Source of the DNA: Tubulanus polymorphus
Taxonomy: Eukaryota; Animalia; Nemertea
Assembly: GCF_964204645.1 (NCBI RefSeq)
Contig: NC_134032.1
Span: 3,682,175-3,746,174, forward strand
DNA length: 64,000 nt
Direction: 5' to 3'
The notes under the pieces are model-generated. The model did no database searches. It saw only the letters and a program-made list of their open reading frames with translations, and had not been told where the DNA came from. The position numbers and the translations under genes were made by a program. This document shows positions 48,210-60,091 of this stretch, piece after piece (the first letter of the stretch is position 1; every line of letters starts with the position of its first letter).

Positions 48210-48399
48210 GACGCAGTGGCCGAGTTGGTTTAAGCCGCCGGTCACTGGTCTCGTCAATTCAGGGTTTATGGGTTCAAACCCCGGTGGCGACAGAGTTTAT
48301 CGGTCGAAGGTTCTTCTCCGGTCTCTCCCCCATCGGGAGAAAGAAACATCGAAACCGCTTTTAATGCCCTGCGTGGCGTTTAGCGGGTTGAAAAAAAGA
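48210..48399 (+). mobile_element. tRNA-derived SINE (duplicate of 24972-25160)
   Basis: GCAGTGGCCGAGTTGGTTTAAG A-box, GGTTCAAACC B-box. Confidence 0.65.
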
Positions 48400-50708
48400 T
48401 TTTAAAAATTATACGTCCACGCCAGATTACGGCCCTCTCTGGTGTGTTAGCATTTCTCATTGTGTTATGTATGATTTTCTATTTTAGGCGGAGTTTGATT
48501 TATGATTGACAACTCATTCAGACGTTTAATCTGTGAATTGATTTCGCCTTCTGTGAATAGTGCTGGACGTAAGTGGATCTCAATCTCCTCAAACACAGGT
48601 AAGACTGGTTTAATTGTATAAATCTAATCGGTAATAAGAGACCGGCAACCAGTCTAATCTCTATCCTCCTGTCTGTCGTGTGTTTTAGTAAATAGTACAT
48701 GTATTTGTATAAATTGTAAATAACCTTGTTATGTTTTTCATTGAAAGTTTTTTATTTTTCTCTTAATTCGTGAAAATATTTGTAAACAAATCGCAAGAAA
48801 TCCAAATTTTATCAGTTAACGCCAATAAAATTATAATGTTATGAGTGAACGGAATAGGTAAAATAATGTATTAGGAATTAGGAACTTTTCTCGATAAAAT
48901 ATAACAAAGTTGTTAATGATACAAACATCCACTATTTACAATATATCAACTATTAGAGGGATCTATAAACATCTAATCCTATTTTGATGGAATTTATTAA
49001 ACTGGTTTGTAGGATGTTTTGAGATATGTATGCGTTTACCAGCTAGTGCTGCCATCTACAGTCAATTCAACTCACTAAATGATCCACCGTTTGAGAACAC
49101 TCATAAAAATACACTGCAAGTCACAACTTCACAGTAAGATTTACAGACACTAGAAAGAGACTAGAAACAAAGTGAGAAAACTGAACTACAGAATGATATG
49201 AAATGAGCCACGTTATGACTACATGAAATTGGAACTACTGTCAATCCTGGAACAACCTCGACCCGATAATCCTTAGAAACATAAACCAATCCTTATAACT
49301 GTACACTAATATTTGTATGCTATGTTGTTCTAAAGCTTATTTCACACAAGTGTTAGTACAAAAATATACGAAACAAATATCAGAAATAGCGCGTATATGT
49401 AAATCCATCAAATGTATCATCGTTAACCCTGAAAGTGCGGTTAGGAGCTGATGAAATATTGTAGATCGAAAGTTTCTGCGGAATTCTAAATTTGGATTCT
49501 GGGGCTCAATATCATAGAATGAATCTACACCTCATAATTCTACTCTGAAAACTGGTTATTCGTGTTTCCCGCTGATAACTGCTGTAAGATGAGTTCATCC
49601 ATCTAAATGTCTCCAGTTATCCCAAACACCGGTTAATGGCCCGATCCGTTTCTGTCAATTTACCGCGAAAACTTGCTTATTCTACCACCTGAAAACAGGA
49701 ATAGTATGAGTTAGCAATATATCTAACACCGGTGATTTTATATCATTCACTCCGTAGGTGTTTAACGCTCAAGACCCGGTACCTATCCCGGTACGTGTGG
49801 TTAATCTGATTATCATCGGTCTGGATTTCATACCATCCCTCCCTTTTTTGCGCTGAGCCAATGAGCAACATCGATTTCTACTGACCGGTCGTCAAATTCG
49901 GGTTTCAACCAAAATCCCGCGGTCTACACTTAATGCAGTTTAGGTAAATAAGAATCCACATCTGTATTGCAAGTTCGAGGTCAATTGTGGCGCCGAGCGC
50001 TGCATTGAACGCTGGTTAACTGTTTCGCTAGCGAAAATGCGATGTATTACGCGAACGCGGGTTCAATTGCGGGCGTGTACTCTTTTGTTTCGAGAAGGGT
50101 TTCTAAAACCCGGGTTTAGCGGGGAAACTCCGCATTGAACGCGCGTTTGAACCTGCAATATTCTTGTCGTTGGAAAACTTGATTAGTTTTCAATTGTAAA
50201 ATTCTCCGCGCCGTTTTTCCGAATATTCGCCTTGGATAATCGGTGACTTTTATTAAACTACTCGCATCAAACATGACGTCATTCTGTGACTTAGCAAGCA
50301 ACATGCGCGATAAATGCATCGAAAATGATATTATCCTAGTTTGAAAAATTTTTATTAACAAATATATCTAGTTTAGTTATAACGAAATATCTACGTGCAA
50401 ATTAGTAATTAGAATTAATTCGAAAAATAAAAAAAAAGATATCATCGACTTTTCTAAGGTACGATGCCGGTTTGAGTTTTGAACGGTAAAAAACTCTCAG
50501 AATTTGCCAGATTGAGTTCAGCTACTAGAGTTGGGTCTAACTGGCTACGCGTGGTTACACCATCATCTTGTTTTAAATATAGGCGATTGTCGCCGCATTA
50601 AACTCCCGGACGTAGCGATTTTAAGAAGTTCTTTAAATGCGCTCTTATATCATGTGAGGGTTTGTAATCTTGAGTTATAAATATTATCTGAATTCGGGTG
50701 CACATAGT

Positions 50709-51960
50709 TTTTTAGCCCACTTGGGACTTTAGTGAAGTCCCAGCGGGCTATTGCATTCACTTTTCATCCGTTGTCCGTCCGTCCGTAGACGGAATCCAGT
50801 TATTTTCGGAAGTTTTGAAGACGCTTCAATGTAATGTCTTGATATTTGGATTACACGTGTATCTGCTCTAGACACATCTTCGGCCAAAAACTGGCCCTGT
50901 CAGAATCAAGATGGCCGACTGGCAGCCATTGTCGTTCGCCAAAATCAGCACTTTTAACACATTTTTTAATTTTTTGAGGGAAATTTTGAAGACGTTTTGA
51001 TCGATTACCTTGATCTTTCGTTCATATTTGTTAATCCGAAGGACCCATCAGCTTAAGAAAAATTGGGTCGATCGGACTCAAGATGGCCGTCCTATGACCT
51101 TTTTAGTGCCCAAAAATGTCAATTTTGGCCGGAATTATGGGTTCTGTAGCTTCCTACTGGTTTGCCATTTCTCATTGCAATTTGTGATGGGTATTTTTGG
51201 AAAGGGATGTTTTATACCTGAGACAGGTATTCTTGATCAGCCAATTATGACGCAATTGGCGGCCATCTTGGTGTCATCAGTACTCATTTGTAGGTTGGAA
51301 AAAGTTTTTCCACATTATATTGATACCTAAGCATATTGTGTTACTACAATCGATTGGAAAGTTGTAACCCATGACGTGCTCTATGATTTCAAGGTCATTG
51401 GTTATTGTGTATGGCCACCAGGGGGCGTTAAATTATACAATAACTTAGTATTTCTATATTATATTTGTACCTATGCATATTTTGTAACCACAATCGATTG
51501 CAAAGTTGTAGCTCATGACATCGTCTATGATTGTGGTAAGTTTTAAGGATAATAGTTATTCTAAATGGTCACCAGGGGGCGTTGAATAGTATAATAACTT
51601 AGTACTTCCTGATTAGATTGGTACCTAGGCATTTTGTTACCTATGCATTTTTTGTTACCATGATCAATTGCAAAGTTGTAGTTCATGACTTGTTCCATGA
51701 TTGTGGTGAGTTTCAAGGTCATTGGGTTTAGTATACGGGCACCAGGGCCGTTGAATAGTAACGCAACTTAGTATTTCCATATTAGATTGGTAACGAGGCA
51801 TATTTTGTTATCACAATCAATTACAAGGTCATTGGTGGGTTTCAAGGTCATTGGTTTTTGTATATGGTCACCAGGGGGCGCTGAATATTGAAATTGTTAG
51901 ATTGTTCAGCATTAGAAACCACTTACCAAGTGGACATGGTGTCCCTGGACAGGTACTGTT
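50709..51960. mobile_element. Non-autonomous Helentron/DINE-like element
   Basis: Starts in a T-run, TAGCCCAC..hairpin..GGGCTA, (GTCC)n microsatellite, internal tandem repeats; related fragment at ~37640-37900. Confidence 0.5.
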
Positions 51961-52543
51961 TAGCATGAAATTACTGTTGTATTATGTGGTTTGATAATTT
52001 CGTGCAGATATTTTTAGATAAATCGTATTGAGCCGAAATTACAGATCTGAATAGAAAATTGTCTTCATGGACTTAACATAAACCATACAATTTACCAGGC
52101 AAGAACTTGAATAAATGTGTTCAAAATATTTCGTACGGTTTCACAAGCTTTCTAAGAAAATTACAAACTTTAGCCTCGTTAGTTGAATATTTATTGGATG
52201 ATTTTTTTTCTTTCGATTTTTTCGAGTGTTTGAAAACGAAACTAATCAAAAATCTATTTTTCATCAAGTTTCTCGAAGTGTTCGAAAGAGTCTACAATCG
52301 CAATAAACCATTTCCCTAACGAACAATTTTTTCATCTGGATTATATATCCTTGATTTAAAAAATTTTTTTATAGGTTTGAAACTGATTTAGAGCGAATGT
52401 AGCGAAAAGGCCCATCGGTAAAAATCCCCAAATTCAAAGTAGGTGGAAGAAAAACTTTTCTTATTTTTCTTAATTTTTCTTATAAAATTGTCAATGTTTA
52501 GAAGGTTACCCAGCTAGTTAGAATATTTTGCTTACTAAACATC

Positions 52544-52657
52544 CGGGATCCAGTTCCACAGTTCCGAGTTAAGATTTGACTATGAGTTAACTCATTGAAA
52601 ATGAAATAGCTTTAACTCAGAGTTAACTCTTAACTCGCAACTGTGGAACTGGCTCCT
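52544..52657. mobile_element. Short palindromic MITE (Harbinger-like)
   Basis: GGATCCAGTTCCACAGTT...AACTGTGGAACTGGCTCC. Confidence 0.5.
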
Positions 52658-55411
52658 GGGGGCTGCAGTTGCTAACAAATTGAGTTAACCAGTGGAAAGT
52701 TGCTGAAAAGTTGGTCAAAGATAACAAACGGATATATACTGATACGCCGGTCACAATCCTCTCTTTAATCGTTATCTATAAAATACTTGAGTAAGGCCCT
52801 GGCGAGAGAACGTGTCCGTGCACAAATCCGAATGAATAGATTGAAATACCGGATGATAATATTGAAGATAATATATTTTATTTACCTTGAACAAAGAATG
52901 ATTTTCCAAATCCCTATTGTATATGAATCCCTATCGTTCCGAAGCTTCTCCTGTCCTGCTGTCGACACTCGTCTTACTAAGGTACAGATTTTCTCGATTG
53001 ACTGCTCTCTCAAGATGCGGATCCCTTTTATAGAAAGAATCGGCATTCTTAAAATACCGACTCTCCCACTCGACTTTTGGCAAGGAGCAGCTACCCAACT
53101 GTCATGACCGTTTTTAGTTACGGAAAATTTAGCCCTACTGATTTGCTGATCTAAAGGTTTTTAAGAAACTGATTTGCTGATATAAACTTTTTCTTCCAAC
53201 CCTCCTGTCATGACGCGTTGTGATTTACTCACTCCTTGCTAGTCGTTGTTGAGAACGCAGCTATTGTCTGTGAATTACCAACGAGCGCATACAGACAGCA
53301 GAAACTTCAGACAGCAAGTTTTAACATTTAACACAAATTAATTTTTCTAAAACATTAGCGATTATTAACAATTTGTTCTTAAACAACATCTAGATTACTC
53401 AAATTAAATATCTTTTCAAAACTTTCTTTTCTTTTCTAATTACAGTACAAATTCATTGTTTCTTTTTTAATTATTATAATTAACTACGATTCGGAATACA
53501 TTGTGATTGATTATCAATTCTTAAATTATTTGAAATACTTATACTAATTATTTTATCTACAATTTAACTAATTCTATTTTAATACAGGATAAGCAAAACA
53601 ACCACATCTTCCTAAACTTCCGGTTTTTCCTTTTACGGAAAGTAGCCGGGAATATCATCAAGTATCAGCGTGATCCCTTCACGAGCCTCATTATAAATAC
53701 ACTCCATTGTTCCGACCCAACCAAATATGGTTCCAACTATTTAAAAGTTTTATATAAAGATTTTCTGAATGTTTGCCAGATCTCACAGCAGAAGAACCGA
53801 GAAAGAATTGTTGTTTATAGACTGATTTATGGTTTGCGTTGGTAGATGAAAGCATCAAACAAGAACTTTCGTAATTCTTACTACTAGTACGTTCTTGTCT
53901 GACGGCTTTAACGTAACCCCCACGCATACGGAAACAACATTAAGAACATTTCTAAATACTACGAAACATTTTCAAATACTACGAAAATCTAGCTGTGGAT
54001 CAATACCATAGAAACAATGAACTTTAAATCATCACCATCTCAACTATCGACTGGTTAACTGTAAACAACTTTTGAGCAATTGCAGCCCCGGATAAATATC
54101 GTAGTAACAATGAGTGTCACTATAGCCACGATCACACGAGCGCATTTGGCCCCGATCAAGACGTCGGACCAGGCCCGAGCCTAATTTCAGCACCAGCCAA
54201 ATGATTGCGTTTGAATTGCGTTTGAACTGGCACCGGAAAAAATGATCCACTTCGCTTTGTTTGAGCATTGTTTAGTATCGAGTGAATGGTTAATGCGCTC
54301 TCTAATTAGGCACGGGCCAAATTTGACTCAGGTCTGGTCCGTGCCAATTTGGCCCGCGCCAAATTGTTTCCGCGTGATTGCGGCTTATTTCAACTATCGA
54401 CTGGTTAACTCTTAGCCAATCTTTGAGCAGCTGCAGCTCCTGATAAAATTATTTACCGGTAGCCTGCTATTAACACAATAGTTATTTTGTTATCAAACTT
54501 TTTTTTCTGAGAAGACTTGCCTGATTCCAAATATCTACCGTCCCACGTCTACAGGTCTAGCTATGTTTTTGAGATTCGGTCATCTATACATATACGGTTA
54601 TGTGTAGATATATATATATATATATATATATATAGTTTATTTGATTGCTATAAAAGTTGAAAGTTAATTATGGTTTTGCAGAGAAAGAAGGCGAATTATC
54701 AAAAACAAGATGAAGTTTCGATTTCAAAATTGAAAGTATGTTTAAGCAAAAACGTTCTTTAGTTTAATCCGAATGATTAGAACAAATAGCAACGCAGCAA
54801 AATTAAGATAATATTTCCGAGGGTATTTTGAACACTCTTCAGAGACAATGATCTCTTGTATTATTCCTGAAATAGTGAAAATATACAAGGAAGGCAAGAT
54901 GATGAATAGATTCTGGTAGATATCCAGCCATCCTTCCTTTATCATAGAGTATTTCAATTCAGATTACGAAGGTCCAGAATCTATTTTATACACTTAATGC
55001 AACTAGTACAAAGATAGAATAGATGATAGTAGAAATATGATTAGAAAATAACGGCGTCTAATTAATGAACTAATGAAAGCCAATAAGTATTGAACGGAAA
55101 CTCGTGTTGACTTAGAGAAATAAGTTGACTGTTTGGACCTCGCAGATTGATTCTCGCCCTGAGGGAAATAAGTAATAACGCGAATTAATTCGAAAGGGTT
55201 TTAGAGACTGCAAATATATCTGTGAAGCATTTTGAAACCGCGCAACTCGAGCAGGAATCGAAATCGATTATAATACGTATAAAAATCTCAAATCTCAAAA
55301 TCAATTTATCATTCATTTTTTGGCAATATCCACTGTGATATAAGGAAGCTATGTTCAATTACCCGCCCACCTTCAAGCCCCTATCCCTCTAGATATTTCA
55401 ATTTAGATTTA

Positions 55412-55990
55412 AAGAGAGATAGAGGGAGATAGAGGGAGATAGAGAGGGAGATAATAGAGGGAGATAGAGAGGGAGATAATAGAGGGAGATAATAGAGGGA
55501 GATAATAAAGGGAGATAATGGAGGGAGATAATATAGGGAGATAATATAGGGAGATAATACAGGGAGATAATAGAGGGAGATAATAGAGGGAGATAATAGA
55601 GGGAGATAATGGAGGCAGATAATGGAGGCAGATAATGGAGGCAAATAATGGAGGCAGATAATGGAGGCAGATAATGGAGGCAGATAATGGAGGCAGATAA
55701 TAGAGAGAGAGAGGGAGGGAGGGAGGGAGGGAGGGAGGGAGGGAGGGAGGGAGGGAGGGAGGGAGGGAGGGAGGGAGGGAGGGAGGGAGGGAGGGAGGGA
55801 GGGAGGGAGGGAGGGAGGGAGGGAGGGAGGGAGGGAGGGAGGGAGGGAGGGAGGGAGGGAGGGAGGGAGGGAGGGAGGGAGGGAGGGAGGGAGGGAGGGA
55901 GGGAGGGAGGGAGGGAGGGAGGGAGGGAGGGAGGGAGGGAGGGAGGGAGGGAGGGAGGGAGGGAGGGAGGGAGGGAGGGAGGGAGATAAT
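55412..55990. repeat. Purine-rich compound microsatellite: (GAGGGAGATAATA)n, (GGAGGCAGATAAT)n, (GGGA)n
   Basis: Direct inspection; the PPSL/EGGR ORFs here are artefacts. Confidence 0.97.
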
Positions 55991-56276
55991 GATCCCAAGT
56001 CATTCACAAATAGTGTCTCGTACAAGGAAGTGAAATTATTTCTCAATTAACGATGTCTCCTATGCTATAGTACAACGCAGTTTTCTCAACCAAAAACATA
56101 TAATGTCATATTTATGAACATTCAGCTGATTTGTGATCAAATGAAAAAATGTCGAAGGAAAGAATGGCCAAGGAAAGAATGGCCAAGGAAAACATGGCCA
56201 CGGAAAAGAAGGCCGAGAAAGATTAAATGGAAAAATGACTGTCATTTTATTAACTAACACGAAATCAATTGCATTG

Positions 56277-56345
56277 AGGGAGAGGGAGAGGGAGAGGGAG
56301 AGGGAGAGGGAGAGGGAGAGGGAGAGGGAGAGGGAGAGGGAGAGA
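56277..56345. repeat. (GAGGGA)n microsatellite
   Basis: Direct inspection. Confidence 0.95.
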
Positions 56346-58190
56346 TAATGCTCCCGAGTCATTCACAAAATAACGTCTCGTACAAGGAAGTGAAATTATT
56401 TGTCAAAAAACGATGGTCTCCTATGCTATATACAATACAACGCAGTTTTCTCATTCAAATAAAAAGATCCCAATCTCTGAGATGATCGCAAATCGTCTGA
56501 AGGTTTACCCTAACCTCCCCTAGCCCTGGAGGAGACCCCTACACCTAACCATCTGGACCCTTTTCTCACCCCCGTTTTCAAACCATTACGGAACCGATGG
56601 ATCGGAACTAGACCTAGCCATCAAAAGGTGGTTGTAAGTGATATAATATAGTGAAACCCTCCCTGATGAGCTGCCCTCTCTCAGGTTGTCCCTCATTGCC
56701 CCTCTCTCAGGGCGTCCCTCATTTTCCTCTCTCATGGCACGTACACCGGGTTGATATATGAGGGTATATATGACTTCTCCTGGTCCTATCCCTCAGACCT
56801 ACCCCTCTAGATATTTCAATGAGAAGATTTAATTATACACGTTTAAGTATTTATTAATATCCGTCCTGATAGTTGTATAACGATGATTCTTCCTTATATG
56901 GACATGTGTGTTGTAGAAGGAAGTGAAATTTTCATATACAAACGTTTGTTTCCTAATAGTTTAACGCAGTGTGTCGCAGTTTATGACCGCAAAGTATCAC
57001 GTGATAATTATTCGCTCATTCATTGGCTAGTCGATGACTCGCTTATTGCCGGGCGTTTCCAGCTGCAGCGCGCACTAACTAATGGGTGTATACGGAACAT
57101 GTTCTAATGCGAGTAGGAATGATATTATATTTGAGAAATATTTTCCGTGAAAACCAACACCTAGGGGGCCTGAACGTCCTAGTGATTGTACAGCCTTAAA
57201 GGCTCTGTTCAAGTCCCTCATCATCAATCTACTCATTTGTTATAAATTCTATTTGTAATTATAATTAATAATTAAATAAATTACATTACAACACCAATAT
57301 TGTCAATTTAAACATGCAATACATACATAACTGTATAGCTTAATCGTTTAAATAAATTTCAATTTCATTTTTGCTTCACCTTCACCCGTTTATCACCAAA
57401 CATGCGTCCATCTCGTGTTCGTGTCTAAATTTTATGTTCAGAGAAACGGGATTTCTGAAAATCCATAATAAAAGGACCTGTGAAATATGATAACATTCGC
57501 GTCACTAATAGTCCTTAAAAAGAGAAAAAAACGCCCAAAAATAAAGGAATCTCGTGCCAAAATCGCGACTGGCAACTGCAAAATGGTTGATTCCGGACAA
57601 CTTCGGCCGTTTACATTAATTGCGTGTATTTATTGGAAGAAATGATATTTTCGCTCTTATATGTGTTTGTCATGATGCAACCAAGAAGCAATATTGATTC
57701 TCGAAGCTTTAAATGTCAGTCACCAACATGGATGATAGGAATTTCATCTCCTTTTTCGTTTGAACTTTCGCTAAATTGTTGAGTCTAGTTTCGCAAAAAA
57801 GTTACTTTAAATCGATTTTATTTCTGCGTTCATTCAGTAATTGATTATGGGATTTTCATTTTTGTTAAACTCGATCGAGGTGTTATTTTGCTGTTTTTTC
57901 GTATTTTTTATTCGTTTGAAGCAAATTGCAAGAAAGGGTTTTCGTTAACCATCATAGCATTATGCTTAATCAGAACTGAAGAAATTTCTTACACAAATCA
58001 GACTATCCTGACAAATCAGCGTCATCGCTGAGAACTTGAAATGTTGTTTCATAGATAATTGTCATATCTTTGTTCTCGACATTTCTGACATCTTTATAGA
58101 GTACAGTCAACCCATTTAAAACACGGTCAAGACCGGCTTCCTCCTCAATATTTACATAGGGTTTCAACATCTATGTATCACTACGATCTC

Positions 58191-58457
58191 AGTAATAGGG
58201 GTAATAGGCTTTCAGATCAAAGGTCGAACGGTCGAGCTCGTAAAAAATGAAAAACATAAAAATAATAACAATTTCTACTTGAATTACTCGCGAAACTCAT
58301 AAAAATGAAAAATAAATTCTCACACGCTCGAATTTATTTTTCATTTTTATGAGTTTCACTCCTTATTCAAGTAGAAATTGTAATTATTTTTATGTTTTTC
58401 ATTTTTACTCACCCGCCCGTTCAACCTTTAACCCGAAAGCCTATTACCCCTATTACT
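58191..58457. repeat. 267-bp imperfect terminal palindrome (arms 58191-58319 / 58330-58457, 10-nt loop) within the ~463-bp left TIR (58191-58653)
   Basis: AGTAATAGGGGTAATAGGCTTTC ... GAAAGCCTATTACCCCTATTACT; about 15 mismatches and one indel by manual alignment. Confidence 0.92.
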
Positions 58458-58539
58458 CTTAAAATATTCATATATATATGAATAACATTTAAATCATTGA
58501 ACTTCTAAAATCAATTTTAATAAAAAATATAGTATTAAA

Positions 58540-58776
58540 ATGGAAGCAAATAAGTACTACTGCCCAACATGTAATATCGATATAGATAAATCCCAAAAAG
58601 CAAGACACAATAAAACTAGAACACATTTAGAGAATAAATTGAAACTAGAATATTTACAGTTATATTCAGAACAGTTAACAAAAGGAAAGAAATTTATTGA
58701 ATTATGGAACACTGATCCAAATAATGAACAATACGTTGAGGATACGATGTTTATACTAGAACATGATTCTATTTGA
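58540..58776 (+). CDS. Chimeric 78-aa ORF: pPolB N-terminal zinc finger fused to a duplicated tail of the HNH nuclease
   Basis: First 38 aa match pPolB residues 1-38 (one substitution); LQLYSEQLTKGKKFIELWNTDPNNEQYVED resembles the C-terminus of 60092..60769. Confidence 0.6.
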   Translation: MEANKYYCPTCNIDIDKSQKARHNKTRTHLENKLKLEYLQLYSEQLTKGKKFIELWNTDPNNEQYVEDTMFILEHDSI

Positions 58777-58849
58777 ACCTATATACATTCAATGTACAGA
58801 GCTATAGAATAAATCTATAAATTCACAGCTGTTACAGTTGTTACTATAA

Positions 58850-59061
58850 CGACGAGACATTATGACACGTCATAATCAGAAACGTGTAGAATATTCTAGA
58901 AAGGCGCGCCGGAACTAGATGACGTGGCATAATCAACGACGTGTCATTCTAGAAATCGCCCCGGAAATGGATATACGCTGTAATATTGTGCTCAGGATAT
59001 TCTATCTTTCGAAACGAAATTAGGAGTTTATAGTTTACAATTATAAATCTAAATGTAAGTA
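58850..59061 (+). promoter_or_regulatory. Putative host Pol II promoter with HSE, bZIP/UPRE, ETS and TATA-like motifs
   Basis: GAATATTCTAGAA (58889-58901), TGACGTGGCA (58920), TGACACGTCA (58863), CCGGAA x2, TTATAAAT (59041), donor-like GTAAGT (59056). Confidence 0.45.
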
Positions 59062-59495
59062 CTGTTTGTTGTAGTTATTAAGGCTATTAAATATGAAACC
59101 TTTAGATATATTTAAGTGTATTTAGTATATCTTTTAGATAGTTAGAGTTACCGCTAATATCTTTTAGATTAATAAAAAGTCATACACATCAAGAAGCGAT
59201 AGAGAAACTCAAGATACTCTTTCTACCTGAGGAATCAACAGCAATGGATATCAAACCAATAGAATCACCAAAAGATCGAAGAAGAAATATAAGAATTTCA
59301 AAAACATTGAGACTCCAATGATTAAGTTTAACATTTGTTGATATAGTTAAATATTTACCAGCAATTGAAAAAATGTTTGTAATTATAAATTGTATTTATA
59401 GAAATCAAATGATGTATTGGAAGAAATGACTGAACAACTTGTATAATGTATTGTGTAAATCTGATTTGTGAATTTTTATGTTCAGTCGTTTCTAT

Positions 59496-59956
59496 TATGT
59501 TTAACGCATGCGCATTAAGCAAAACCGGCCATAAATGGCCGCATGTGACACATGTAACGCATGTGACGAGGGACATGAATGCGTTTGAATTTTCTATGTT
59601 CAGTTGTTTCTATTTTACAGAATTTATAGAATGAATATACAATTATGATTAGCGCATGCGTATTGATCAAAACCGGCCATAAATGGCCGCATGTGACTGA
59701 CACATGTAACGCATGTGACGAGGGACATGAATGCGTTTGAATTTTCTATGTTCAGTTGTTTCTATTTTACAGAATTTGCATAATGAATATATAATTATGA
59801 TTAACACATGTGCATTAAGCAAAACCGGCCATAAATGGCCGCATGTGACGCATGTAACGCATGTGTTGTTTCTATTTTACAGAATTTATAGAATGAATAT
59901 ATAATTATGTTTAACGCATGCGCATTAAGCAAAACCGGCCACAAATGGCCGGCCGC
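59496..59956. repeat. Tandem array of ~150-bp units (3.4 copies) with internal palindromes, upstream of the HNH gene
   Basis: Units start at 59496, 59644, 59796, 59906; each has CGCATGCG-like, GGCCATAAATGGCC and (units 1-3) CATGTGAC motifs. Confidence 0.9.
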
Positions 59957-60091
59957 TTGTATGATTTAGATATCAAGGAACTGAAACGACTTATCAAAAG
60001 CAGCGAGGAATGAAAAAGGATTACGTTGGTCGAAGAAATGGAAGAGGATTATAAAATATTAACCAATTTAGTAAAAAAACACGTATAATAA

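Noticed and set aside
55381-56362. PPSL/EGGR/SLSL ORFs
   Set aside because: Translations of microsatellites.
14705-58191. One giant composite element bounded by the two TIRs and carrying the caspase
   Set aside because: The TIRs face outward into separate elements, and the flanks CTGGTG and GATCTC are not a TSD.
59496-59956. CRISPR-like array next to an HNH nuclease
   Set aside because: Units are wholly repeated with no unique spacers; eukaryotic viral context.
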